DNA of 64,000 bases, from the NCBI GenBank assembly GCA_965112735.1, contig OZ218951.1:868001-932000 (forward strand), written 5' to 3'. The stretch comes from Phaeosaccion multiseriatum. Its lineage: Eukaryota > Protista > Ochrophyta, other classes. This document shows positions 26,001 to 37,378 of this stretch, piece after piece. Position numbers and translations under genes: made by a program. Below the pieces are notes generated by a model. It was not told where the DNA came from, did no database searches, and saw nothing but the letters and a program-made list of their open reading frames with translations. The first letter of the stretch is position 1; each line of letters begins with the position of its first letter.

Positions 26001-29000
26001 TTAGTAATGAGCCCCAAACAGCCCGCTGCCACTGCCCACTACACCCCATGCACACCCACTCACATCCACTCACACCCACTTACACCCACTTACACCCACT
26101 CACTACCACCCTCACTACCACCCTCACTCACTCACACACTCACACACTCACACTCTTTCACACTCACACACTGCCCCTACCTCGTCCCGCCCTCTCTCTC
26201 TCTTTCTTTCCAGGTGTGGTATAGGCGAGATCTTGACTCTGCCAGGCCCTCGTCTGTCGTCACAGGCGTAGGAGGAGGAGGAGGAGGAGGAGAAGGAGGA
26301 GGAGAAGGAGGTGGCGGTGGTGGTGGTGGTGGTGGTGGAGGAGGAGGAGGAGGAGGAGGAGGAGGAGGAGGAGAAGGAGGAGGAGGAGGAGGAGCCGGAA
26401 ACCAAACCTTCGGTCGGACGGGAAGCCCCAAACTGGGTCTCAGCGCCAAAACCTTCTCCCTTTCGTCACCCGGGGGAGAGCGAGCAGGAGGAAGAGAAGG
26501 AGCGGGAGGAGGTGGTGGAGGAGGAGGTGCAGCAACAAGGTCCCTCTCCCGTTCTCCGACTCGCGTTCAGTCTCGAGCTGACCTCGGCAGTGCCGTGGCG
26601 GGCAAGAACACGGACGCCATGTACCACTATGGACGGTCCTGGTTCTACGAGAAGCAGGTACGGAGGGACAGAGGGAGGGAGGGAGGGAGGGAGGGAGGGA
26701 GGGAGGGAGGGAGGGAGGGAGGGAGGGAGGGAGGGAGAGAGGGAGGGGGGGGGGAGAGAGGTCTCTTTTTTATCATTGAATTCATTGGCTTACTCGTTGT
26801 TTGGTTCATCGGCCTGCTTCAGCCTTGGCCTACTGGTATTGAGGAGGGCTTCCTGACACCTCTTGCCCTTCTCTCCCCCTCCCCTCCTCCTCCCCCTCCC
26901 CCTTGTCTGCCCTCGTCCAGCTGCACCCCTCTCTGCTTGCTTACGTCATCAAGACGCCGGAGCTCACACACGATATGCGCTACTACAGAAACCTCAGCTC
27001 ACAGGTATATGGGTATATGAAAAAGAAGGCATTGAGAGAGGGGGGGAGAGAGGGAGGGAGGACGCGGGAAGGAGAGAGAGAGGAGGGAAGGAGGGAGGGA
27101 GGGATGGAGGGAGGGAGAGATGGAGAGAGGTAGATCGAAGAGAGAAACACCGCTCATCAGCCCTTCTCAATTCACTCCCTCCCTCCCTCTCCGTATCACC
27201 AACAGGTGGACTTCACCTACGTGGCGAACAAGCACGCCGCCTCGGAGTCCGCCACTCAGCGGCTCTTTAAGGAGTATCTCCTTAACGGGGGGGGGAAGAC
27301 GACAAAGCTGTCTGCTAACGTAAGTGCCACACATTAAGGATTGGTTTCATTGTACGATTCAGAGGCACGCAGAGGCATTCGGAAGCATTCATAGGTATTC
27401 GGAGGCTGCCATAGGCGTAGGAGGCATGCGCACAGGCATACGGAGGCATACAGAGCCATATGGAGGCATATAGAGGCCTACGGAGGCATGAAGAGGCATA
27501 CGGAGGCATGCAGAGGCATATAGAGGCAGAGGCATACGAAGGCATATAGGCATACAGAGGCATACAGGGGCATACGGAGGCATATGGAGGCGTACGGAGA
27601 CTTGAGCGATGGGGCAGTCGATGCCATTAACCACCACACTCCCTCTCCTTCTCCCCCTCCCCTCTCTCTCCCTCCCTCCCACCCTCCCTCCCTCCGCAGC
27701 AAATGCAAGGCCGAAGTGGCCAATCCTTTGCTGAGGAGCATTCCCGTGTTGTTATGACAAGTGTCAACAGGACGGCGGAGGACGAGTCGTTTAAGATCAA
27801 TCCGAGCACGTATGAGCACTGCACCAAGGTAACTGTCGCTTTACTGTTGCTTCACTGCCGCTTGGGGGAGAGGGAGAGGGGGGGGAAGTGGGGAGAAGGG
27901 CGGCTGACTGATTGGCTGACTAACTCTTTTCCTTCCTTCCCTCCCTCCCTCCCTGCCTGCCCTTCCTCTCTCCCTCTGCACGCTCGAAAGGTGTGCGATG
28001 CGTGTGAAGTGCCACAGCTCCTCCTCCAAGATGGCGACGACGGCAATCACCACTTGGTGAAGCAGCTCCCCCACCAGCAACAGCTCAAGCAGCGCCGAAC
28101 AGTGCAGTCCCCCCTGGACTTCTTCCCTCTCTTCCTCAACGATGATACGTTCCGGAAACACTCCGATCTGACCGTGTTTGGAGGCGCGTTTGACTCAGCC
28201 CGGCTGGCGGACAAGTACATCAATGCGATGATGATGCTACTCTCCTTTGTGCACTACCGCCTCAGCCTTTACATCATTGAGATCTTCGACTGCTCAGACC
28301 AGGTCAGTGTGTGTACTAAGTCAAGGATTGGTGGTGGTAAGCTCTGTCAATGACCCTGGATGGTTTGTTCGCTCTCCCTCTCTCACCATCTCCCATCTCC
28401 CTCCTCCCCTCCCTCCCCTCTCTGCCCCTCCCTCTCTCCCCTCCCTCCTCCCCCCCCAACCCACACAGGCAACGGGCGTGCAAACGCTCGACGTGGACCT
28501 AAGCGTCGAGTGCTGGACATCGGCCGCACACGGACGCCTTGTCGCTTACGCCACCATCGCGCTCTGCGTGTACACCATCGGCATCCCTGTCTTCTTCCTC
28601 TACACGCTCTACGCCAAAGTCGTCCGCTTGGGTCACCAGCACAATCGCGAGGAGAAGGCCCGATACGGTTACATGTATCAGAAGTACAGTTTCTCCTGCT
28701 GGTGGTGGGAAGTCATTCTCATGTTCCGAAAGCTTTCCGTGGTGGTGTGGCGAATGTTCACCTCCAATCAGACGGAATTGGTGCAGGCGTCTGGTGCCTT
28801 CTTTTTCTTTATGCTCATGTGGGCGTTTCACATGCTGAGAGAGCCCTACTTGGAGAAGATGCTCAATAAGCTTGATGCGGTAGCGCTGACTGCGCATATG
28901 GTGGTCATGTATGCAGGTGTGTGCGTGCGTGTGATGGCAGGGGATGGGGAGTCAGATGGCAGTGGATGGGGAGTGACATGGCAGTGGATGGAAGTGGATG

Positions 29001-32000
29001 AGGAGAAGGAAGGATGGTGGCGCGGATGGGGAGTGGGAAGGGAGGTAGCAGTGGGTGTTTGTGAGGGAAAGTTGTAGGCAAGCTCCTGGTCCAGTCCACT
29101 CACACGAAACAAAACACAAACCTCAAACTTTCCTTCTCCTCTGTCCCTCCCTCCCTCCCTCCCTCCCACCCACCCACCCTCCCTCCCTCCCTCCCTCTAT
29201 CCCAACTCTCCCCCAGGCACCATGTTCCTGACCGACCGCCTGGACACCGGGCTAGAGGTGACCTACGCCATCTTCATTATCGTCGTCAACATGTGTGTGC
29301 TCTTCTTCATCTTGCGATACGTACTCGTGGAGATCAAGGAGTCCATCCCGCTGCTGGGTAGAGTCAGTGGGGCCACATTCTGGATTGACTACTGTCTGCC
29401 TGCTGCGGTGTCTCTGGGCCGCTACAAGGTGCGTGTGTGTGTGTTTGTGTTTTTGTATGTGTGTATGTGTGCATATATGTGTGTATGTGTGTGTGTAGTA
29501 TGTGTAGTATTATCTTCAGCGACACATGTGACCTAAACTAACTCAAGGGACTGACTGACTGACTGACTGACTGACTGACTGAACATGCTCTCCTCTGCAA
29601 TTGATGACACTAAACACTCACTGACTTACTTCCCACTGTAGGTGCTCTCTTCTGAGCACAAGAAGGAGTGGCTCGTCAAGAGGACGGAGCTGCTTGACTA
29701 CGTCCGTCCCAGCTTCGAGATGCAGACCAGGTGTGATGCAAGTGTGAGGCTATCCCCCATCCTGACACCTACCCTCTATCCTGACACCCACCCTCTGTCC
29801 TGACACCCACCCTCTGTCCTGACACCCATGCACTCCCTGTCCGGACACCCCCCCATCCTCTGTCCTGCCACTCGCAGGTACCAGCTGGAGGGTCGTGTCA
29901 GGAGCTGTGCAGCACTTGGCAGGGAGGGGCAGTATTGGGCAAAGTTCTGGTTGAGGGACAGTGGCACAAGCTTGAGGGAGGCAGAGCATTACGTAAGGTG
30001 GCTTGAAGCATACACGCATTGTGTGGACAGGAGCACTTTCGATCAGCTCATTCAGCAGGTACGGAAGTTGGAAAGAGGGAGGGGAGAGGAGGGGAGGGGA
30101 GGGGAGGGGAGGGGAGGGGAGGGGAGGGGAGGGGAGGGAGGGGAGGAGAGGGGAGGGGAAGGGGAGGGAGGGGAGGGGAGGGGAGGGGAAGGGGAGGGGA
30201 GGAGAGGGGAGGGGAAGGGGAGGGAGGGGAGGGGAGGGGAAGGGGAGGGGAGGGGAAGGGGGGGTTGGGGTGCACCTCACACCTGACATCTCGCACCCAA
30301 TCGCTCACGCTTCCAAATTATCTCCCGTACCCCTTGATCCCGAATGCCACACCCAACTACAACCAACTAACCGACCGACCAACCGACCATTCCCACTCCA
30401 AAGAATTGGGCGGCGAAACCCCTCGGAGAGCGAGAGCAGGCGGTATGGACGGCGGCTTTTGCCAAAGCACTTCGCATTCTTGCTCAACATCACGGCCCTT
30501 CGCTCCTCAGCACCGGCACCCAAGGTGAGGGAGTTGGTGATTCAGACAGAGAAAGGATGGGTGGGAGGGAGGGAGGGAGGGAGGGAGGGAGGGAGGGAGG
30601 GAGGGAGGGAGGGAGGGAGGGAGGGAGGGAGGGAGGGAGGGAGGGAGGGAGGCAAGAAAGGCGTTTGCGTAGGGTGAGTGATTGGGACTCAGTGTGACGA
30701 ACCATCGGCCCCTACGCACTTACCACCAACACGCACGCACACACACACGCACACACACACACGCACACACACAGGAATGCCTCGCTACGGTACCACTCCC
30801 CCTGCCGCTCTGTGCGCTCTCCTGGAGCACAATGGCATGGTGGCGTCTGTCTCTGGCTCCTCCTTACTGGAGGCACTTCAGCAGTTCGCCCCTACTCGGC
30901 CAAGGGTGTACGCCGACCTTCTCGGAGATGGGGTGTACCGCTTGCTTCGGGATGAGAGAGAAGGGGGATTTGTCAAGTGCAGTACGGATGACAACTGGGG
31001 GCCGGGTAGCAAGTATGACGTTCGCCTGGCGCATGTGGCCTGGGGACGAGGAGGAGGAGGAGGAGGAGGAGGAGGAGGAGGAGGAGGAGGAGGAGGAGGA
31101 GGAGGAGGAGGAGGAGGAGGAGGAGGAGGCGGAGGAGGAGAGGGGAGGGCGTCGCGAGGGACAGTGAGGAGGAGGAGGAGTCAGAGTCGGTCCGGGAAGA
31201 CAGGTACGGAGAGAGGGGAGGACGACGACGGCGAAGAGGAGAAGGAAGGGGGGGGTGAGGAGGAAGGGGAGGAGAAGGAGGAGAAGAGAGAGGAGGAAGA
31301 GGACCTCTTACCGCCCACTGTGGCGGAGGTGGCGTATAACCAACACGCGATGCGGCATCGCAGGGGAGAGAGTGGACGCGCTGTGAGTATGGCCACGATT
31401 GGAGATCGTGGTGCATTGGCGACGGCAATGGCATCTGTATCACCACCACCCATCAAGGAGGAGGAAGAGGAGGACGAGGAGGAATCGGGATGGGGGCCGG
31501 AAGAGGAGGAGGAGCAGAAGGAGGGGGGGCGGGGGGAGGAGGGAGAGGCGGGTTTCCACGTCGACAGTGACGTGTACCGCAGGATTCCGTTCGAGCGCCT
31601 GCGTGTGTACTCTGATGTAGAGGTGCGGGGCAGGGGGGACTCGTGGTGGCCTGCAACAATCGTACGAGTAGACTCACTAGGACGCTTCTGGCTCCGAGAC
31701 GCCAACCTTCGAGTGAGTACATGCCCATTGGAGCGGGATCAGATTCGAAGGTCGAGGAGGGGGCTGGAGCAGTCGAAGCTCGAGAGGCCGGTGGCGTTTT
31801 GTTGGAAGCACGGGCTAGCGAGGGAGCGAGGGGAGGAGATTGCAGAGCTCTTGAGGGATGATTGGAAGCAGTCCATCATGGTAGATGAGGGTTTGTATGT
31901 CAAGGATCAGATCGAGTGGTTGCAGAGCCGAACTGTGACCGCACCGCTGGCCATGGGTGGAGGAGGAGGAAGAGGAGGAGGAGCAGGAGGAGGAGGAGGA

Positions 32001-32738
32001 GCAGCAGCGGTAGGAGGAGAAGGAGGAGGAGGAGGAGGAGGAGGAGCTGCTGGTGGTGGGGGTAGTGGTGGTAGCAGTAGTCGACAACCGAGCTACGTCG
32101 CCCTCGGATTCGCGGACGGAACTGTCGACATGTGGCATATGGCAACGATGGAGAAAACGCACACACTTCGCCATGGGACAGCTCCCGTCCGCCATGTGTA
32201 CATTAGTCCCAACGCAGAAACCTTTGTAACGTTCTCCGACGACGACGCCATCATTTGGTCTGTGCCCGAGGACCGCGAGAACGATCCGTCTCGCTTTGTC
32301 CTGACACCCGACGACCACGGGGGGCGGGTGTCAGGAGGAGGAGGAGGAGGAGGAGGAGGAAGGGTGTCGCTTCATATGCAGCCGGTGTTGAAGGTGGACG
32401 TGGACCTGTCCGATCCCCCGGGGGCGCTCCCCTACCCCCGGAGGATGACGCACAAGCGGCGCACGCAGACACACACGCGCACACACACGCAGCACCTGGT
32501 AGCGGACGGGCAACAGGCGGTAGATGAGGAGTACGAGAAGGAGGAGGAGAAGGGAGGGGAGGAGGAGGAGGAGGAGGAGGAGGAGGAGGAGTACGTGGCG
32601 TACAGTCGGAGGCCTGTGCTGGCGGTGGGGTGCAACCACGACTCGGAAACCACGCAGTTCTCGGTGCTAATTTCTACGGAGCGCTCGGCTCAGTTGTGGA
32701 GTTTGTCGACGACTGCAGGTTGGGGCTGTGTGGAGCAG

Positions 32739-32771
<33 letters not shown>

Positions 32772-33219
32772 GGGAAACCTTCCTCAGCAGTCGGAGCAGC
32801 AGCAGCAGCGGCAGCAGCAGGAGGAGGAGGAGGAGGGGGAGGAGAGGGCGTACGAACAAGCTCAGGCTCCTCTCGTCGGAATGAGGGCCCCCACCCAATG
32901 CATGAATGGCCCAATGAGGGCAGCGAGGGGAGTGCCGGCCTCATGGGAAGGATAGTGTCGGCCAAATGGATGGCAGCGGATGGTGCTTCGGGTTTCCGCG
33001 GCGCAGGAGGAGGAGGAGGAGGAGGGGGGGGGGGGGGAGACGAGGGAGAAGGAGTAGGAGGGGGAGGAGGGGCAGGAGGAGGAGGAGGAGGAGGCGGAGG
33101 GGAAGGGGGAGTGTTGGATCGGGTCCTCACAATGACCAACAAGTCCGCGGTGATCGTCTTTGGTGTGCCGGCGCGAAGGACCCAATCAACGATGCCGCAT
33201 CTCTATCTCCGGCCCTTGC

Positions 33220-33263
<44 letters not shown>

Positions 33264-35632
33264 GTGTGGGTGCGTGTTGTCGTGTGTGGAGTGCTCCCTG
33301 CCCTGCTCTGCTCTAAACCTTCGCTGCCTCCGCTCTGCCCTTGCGCTACAAGCTTTGCACGACACAAGGAGGATGGCAGTGGATGGCAGAGGATGGCATA
33401 GCAAATCCTTTTCAATCAATTGCCATTTGTTCTCATCCTGACCACCCATCCTCCTCTATCACCACCTCGCTCCCTCCTTGGACCGCCATCGTCCTTGATA
33501 TCGACCTCGACCTCCACATCAACATCGACATCGATATCGACCTCGACCTCCACATCAACATCGACATCGATATCGAAAACGATAATGACAAAAACAACCC
33601 CCAGGTACTGCCGCTGGTGCACACTGCCAACAACGCCGGATGTAGCACCACCATCGTCACCGAAGGAGGAGGAGGAGGAGGAGGAGGAGGGGGAGGAGGA
33701 GGAGGAGGAGGAGGAGGAAGGTCGGGTGGTGGCTCCACCCGTGGCAGCAAAGAGGAGGAGGAGGGTCGGGGTCAGGGTACCATCCACCAACGCGATGTGG
33801 AAGTCGACATCGACTCGAAGTATAGAGGTGCCGGAGGCGTCGTGGTAGCCCCAGTACACCGCTCTTCCCGTAGAGGCAGCGCCATGGGAGGAGGAGGGAG
33901 GGATGTACTCGGAGGGGCACCGGCGTTGTTCGGGCCGGGAGGGACCATCTTTGGCGACCACCCTCACGTGTTGCACGTACACGTGAGTGACAATCGCGTC
34001 ATTTCGGTGTACCGCAGGCACGAGGAAGTGGTGGAGGAGGAGGAGCAAGAGGACGCGGATGCGGCAGATAGGAAGCAAGGGATGAGGCGACAGCAACAGC
34101 ACCAACAGGGGAGAGGGAGGGGCGATGGCAGCAGCAAGAGGAGTGGGTATCGCACCACCCCGCCCCGGAGACGCACAGGAACTGGCACTGGCACTCGCAC
34201 TGGTACGGGCCCGGTCACAACTGGCAGGCGAATGTACAAGTACTACACCACGTCGTACCGCCTGCCCGACCTCTTCTCATCGCACCTAGCGAACGTTACG
34301 CCGGCGCAGATTCTGAAACGGTGTCACGCCGAGTCTGCTCTGCAGCTTCAACCTGGTGCCCCCTGGACCGACCAGGCCTTCCGGGTGTGTGCATGCGTCA
34401 CTCTGGCAATGGAGAGGAGTCGTCAGCAAGCCGCTTCTTCCGGGGCTGCGGTTGCTGCTCTTTCTTCTGGTCGTGGTGGCGGTGGCGGTGGTGGCGGTGG
34501 TGGTGGTGGTGGGGTAGGGCGAGAGACGTCAGTCATGCTCTCGACGCTTTGGTTCGCTGAGACCATGCGATGGTTCAAGGCCAACAAACGCCAGGCCAGA
34601 AACCTCAGCGGCATGCTCCTTCTCATCATCCACCTGAAACGCAGTGCCAAGCGAGCGAGGCAGCGAGTAAGGGATAGGGCTGTATTTAGAGCCCGGGTGG
34701 AGGAGGTGGCGGAGGAGAGGGCGATTGAGCTACTTGCGGAGGAGGCCCTGGCGGAGTTGAGGGAGGAAGAGAGGAAGCAAAGCATCATGGCGGGGAGGAT
34801 TGCGCGGGGGTGGAGGACAGCACACAAGATGGGGGAGGGCGCAGCGGAAGCGGCCACTGGCGGAGTGATGGAGGAGGAAGAAGAGGAAGAGAAGGAGGGG
34901 GGGGGTGCTCAGGAGAAGGCGGAGGAGGATGACAAGGCGAAGGAGCTGCAGGAGGAGGAGGAGCAGGAGGAGAAGGTGGAGGAACCGCAGGAGGAGGAGA
35001 AGGAGGAGGAGAGCAAGGACGAGCAGCAGGAGGAGACTGAGGATGGCGATGGAAATGGGGGTGGCACCAGCACAGGGCTGAGCCTTGGTCATTGGATTGA
35101 TGCTTCGGCACACGGAGGTGGGGAAGAGAAGGTGGACAGAGAGGGCAGCGACGGCGGCGATGCTGAGCAAGCTCAAGCTTCTCCAGGGCAACAACGGCTT
35201 CAAGAGCTTCAAGAGTCTCAAGAGATTCATGAGCGTATGGGCTTCGACGATGATGAGAGTGATGGGGACGAAGTGGACGTCTTCGCCAGCGACGGAGCTG
35301 GAGGAGGAGGGATCGCTGCTTCTTCCGGTACTTGGCGAGGCGGTGTTGGGTTACGGCTTGACGATACGTTGGGGTCTGCTCTTGCTTCTTCTCAAACCGA
35401 AGGCGGTGGAGGGGGTGGGTCAGAGCTGCCCACACCGACCTTCTCGGAGTTGGGAGTTAGCATGGAGGAGCCGCGTCGGGGGGTGTTCGGACGAGGTAGC
35501 CTAAGGATAGGGGGGGGGGAGGAGGAGGAGGAGGAGGGGGAGGAGAAGATGGAAGGGGAGGAGAAAGGGGGGCAGGGGGAGGAGGACGGGGATGGAGGTA
35601 GGGGTGGGGATGAGGAAGGAAGGACGAGATGA
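1..35632 (+). CDS. Giant multi-exon membrane protein (5' partial): reelin-like + IPT/TIG + Cys-rich GCC2/GCC3 ectodomain, split multi-pass TM module, Tudor/Agenet-like + WD40 C-terminus; >=~7,200 aa
   Basis: Phase-compatible exons traced by hand: <1-252, 697-951, 1200-1286, 1656-1838, 2239-2361, 2644-2723, 3217-3263, 3455-3594, 3875-3928, 4145-4243, 4467-4838, 5057-5587, 5742-5885, 6191-6538, 6666-6754, 7104-7226, 7394-7499, 7731-7841, 7970-8131, 8573-8734, 9031-9600, 9812-9961, 10314-10421, 10905-11492, 11884-13092, 13278-14076, 14283-14604, 14966-15011, 15258-15425, 15697-16071, 16519-16601, 17022-17314, 17532-17791, 18193-20028, 20362-20485, 20775-20828, 20949-25784, 26214-26657, 26954-27004, 27206-27319, 27700-27828, 27991-28302, 28469-28916, 29217-29428, 29642-29730, 29878-30058, 30404-30524, 30775-33221, 33605-35632 (TGA). 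One phase break needs a 1-nt deletion in a G-run near 17233-17239. Confidence 0.75.
790..7985 (+). other. IPT/TIG immunoglobulin-like repeats (part of giant gene)
   Basis: [17 protein letters not shown]...YRCVF...[10 protein letters not shown]; SVSLNGVDF; [16 protein letters not shown]...[20 protein letters not shown]; VSCRVPSL...LLISVNKQ|NF. Confidence 0.75.
7970..9830 (+). other. Cys-rich GCC2/GCC3 (ephrin-receptor-like) repeats and juxtamembrane Cys-rich segment
   Basis: [16 protein letters not shown]; [22 protein letters not shown]; CTCSSGYY; [10 protein letters not shown]; [27 protein letters not shown]|VCKECP. Confidence 0.8.
9840..10990 (+). other. N-terminal half of protist multi-pass TM module
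   Basis: [16 protein letters not shown]; [10 protein letters not shown]|[36 protein letters not shown]; [19 protein letters not shown]. Fits the family pattern I+xFxQ...WP...F...N+D...EC. Confidence 0.7.
27365..27598. repeat. Intronic minisatellite of GAGGCAT(A/G)-containing units
   Basis: Many degenerate 9-13-nt units such as cggaggcata, cagaggcata, tggaggcata in intron 27320-27699. Confidence 0.85.
28210..29345 (+). other. C-terminal half of protist multi-pass TM module (TRP_C/flavin-carrier-like)
   Basis: [19 protein letters not shown]...[11 protein letters not shown]...YTIGIP...YGYMYQKY...[12 protein letters not shown]...EPY....NKLD. Confidence 0.75.
29750..29855. repeat. Intronic ~20-bp minisatellite (CCCTCTGTCCTGACACCCA-like)
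   Basis: About five tandem degenerate copies in intron 29731-29877. Confidence 0.8.
31598..31750 (+). other. Tudor/Agenet-like domain
   Basis: [34 protein letters not shown]...LERDQIRR. Confidence 0.5.
32090..33170 (+). other. WD40-like repeats interrupted by low-complexity tracts
   Basis: [57 protein letters not shown]; [14 protein letters not shown]. Confidence 0.65.
33497..33576. repeat. 36-bp tandem duplication in intron
   Basis: GATATCGACCTCGACCTCCACATCAACATCGACATC twice, just upstream of the acceptor at 33604. Confidence 0.85.
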
Positions 35633-35775
35633 GGGGGAGCGAGGTGGCGGTGTGAGGACGTGAGGGGTGTGAGGTTGGGGACACAAGAGGGCCACAAGAG
35701 GTGACTTTTTCACTTGCCCGAATCGCCCTCTCATTGAAGCGACCAGAGCGACAAGGAAGAGCGAGAGCGAGAGCG

Positions 35776-35923
35776 AAGGAAGGAAGGAAGGAAGGAAGGA
35801 AGGAAGGAAGGAAGGAAGGAAGGAAGGAAGGAAGGAAGGAAGGAAGGAAGGAAGGAAGGAAGGAAGGAAGGAAGGAAGGAAGGAAGGAAGGAAGGAAGGA
35901 AGGAAGGAAGGAAGGAAGGAAGG
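35776..35923. repeat. (GAAG)n microsatellite downstream of the giant gene
   Basis: Perfect tetranucleotide tract of about 145 bp. Confidence 0.95.
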
Positions 35924-36219
35924 TACAGGGAGGATTTGCGCGGTGCGTGTGTCTATGGTAGTGCTTGTGGCCCTGACTCGAGGCCGTCTTTGGCAGACTT
36001 GCCGACAGGGACAAGGACAAGGACAGGGAGGGAAAACAGCAGCAGGCACACAACTCGCCTGCATTATATGTATTGGTGTCTACGTAAGTCTTAAATACTA
36101 CTTCTATTATTTTCTATGCGTCTACTTAATCGTCCCTTGGAAGGCGTCTTTCGCGATAGTTACGTAAGTCCGCCCTTGGCCGCTACTGCACCTTGAGGCG
36201 AGACCACCCTCGTCGGCCT

Positions 36220-37186
36220 TCTTCCCCTCTGTTGCCTCTACGAGTGGCAAGGAGGAGCAGGCAGCGTTGGCGTGGTTCCACAGACATGTGAGTATGATGA
36301 CGGGGCCAAGAGGCCCATCTGGCTTGAGTACTGGCCGAGCAAACGAGAGCTCATTCGCCCAAGCCAGCCTCTTCTTCTCATCTTACCCCTCAGGCCCCTC
36401 CCACCCACTGTCCACTCTCCCTCCACTGCGTCGGTGCATCTGCTTCAAGCAGACAAGCTCCATGATACAGAATGATGGAGCACCACTTCTCCTCATCGAG
36501 TCTCTACAGCGCAAGTCCCGAGCTTGGGCCATCCACACGCACGCACGCTCGCAGCGCCTTCCGCCCACGCCTCTTCTTCTCGCTCGCCGTCACCATGCTC
36601 TCCTCCAGCAATGCCCACTCCTCCTCGTGCCTCTCGTAGTCAGCACCATCACCCCCTCCATCTGAGCGATAGCGGTGGTAGGCAGATACAAAGTCTCCAA
36701 CAACGCTCTCCACGCTGGCCCCCTTCCTCTTGGTGCGGACCGCACAGTAGGGCAGTAGCCGCACCTTCCTCCGGCCCACAGTCACCACCACGCCATTCGA
36801 CAGCTCTGTGTCTCGACGGCCCAGGCAGACTGTGGCAGCATCAGCCCCATCACCCTCCAGCTCCTTCCAAAGGCCAACGGGCAGCTGAACCTCGTCCCCG
36901 ACATGGAGGCTCACCCCAGCAACCAAATCCTTCCCCACTCTCCTTCTCACTGTCGTCCTCATCATTGTCTTCTTCCTTGGTTGGACGCTTTGCCCTCTTC
37001 CCTCCGCCCCCACGGATGTCGGTCGCAGCTCGTCGCTTGGATCTTGATTTACATTGAAGCCCCCCCTCCTGCTGCTCTGCTCTCTCTCTCGCTTCATTCT
37101 TGCGTGCCTTATGCACATCCCACCCAAGCCAGCCCGAGGGTACTTGTTACAGCCCCTTACGCTACACCTCTTGCGTGGAGCTCCAT
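36220..37186 (-). repeat. Dispersed repeat copy A: degenerate coding sequence (C-x4-C-x11-C-x2-H zinc finger + acidic tract + LHVGDEVQL module)
   Basis: Clear homology to 59680-60585 in inverted orientation; minus-strand RCSVRGCNKYPRAGLGGMCIRH; frameshifts. Confidence 0.75.
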
Positions 37187-37378
37187 TAGAGGAAGGACTA
37201 CCTCGTGCACCAGCAGAACGAAGGCTAAGTTAGGGCTCAGCAGCGGGACTCCGGTTTTACAGTCCACAGTGGGTCCAGAGTGGGTCCAAGTCAACAGAAA
37301 TGCAATCGACTACACCACCTCCTCCACACCCCCTTCATGCCGCCCACACACTCCCACAGTCCCACACCCCCCTCCTTA

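Noticed and set aside
27365-27598. Possible CRISPR-like array
   Set aside because: Units are 9-13 nt with no unique spacers, in a eukaryotic intron, with no cas genes.
33341-33604. [13 protein letters not shown] segment as coding
   Set aside because: It lies within the intron 33222-33604, defined by phase-compatible GT/AG sites, and is explained by a 36-bp tandem repeat.
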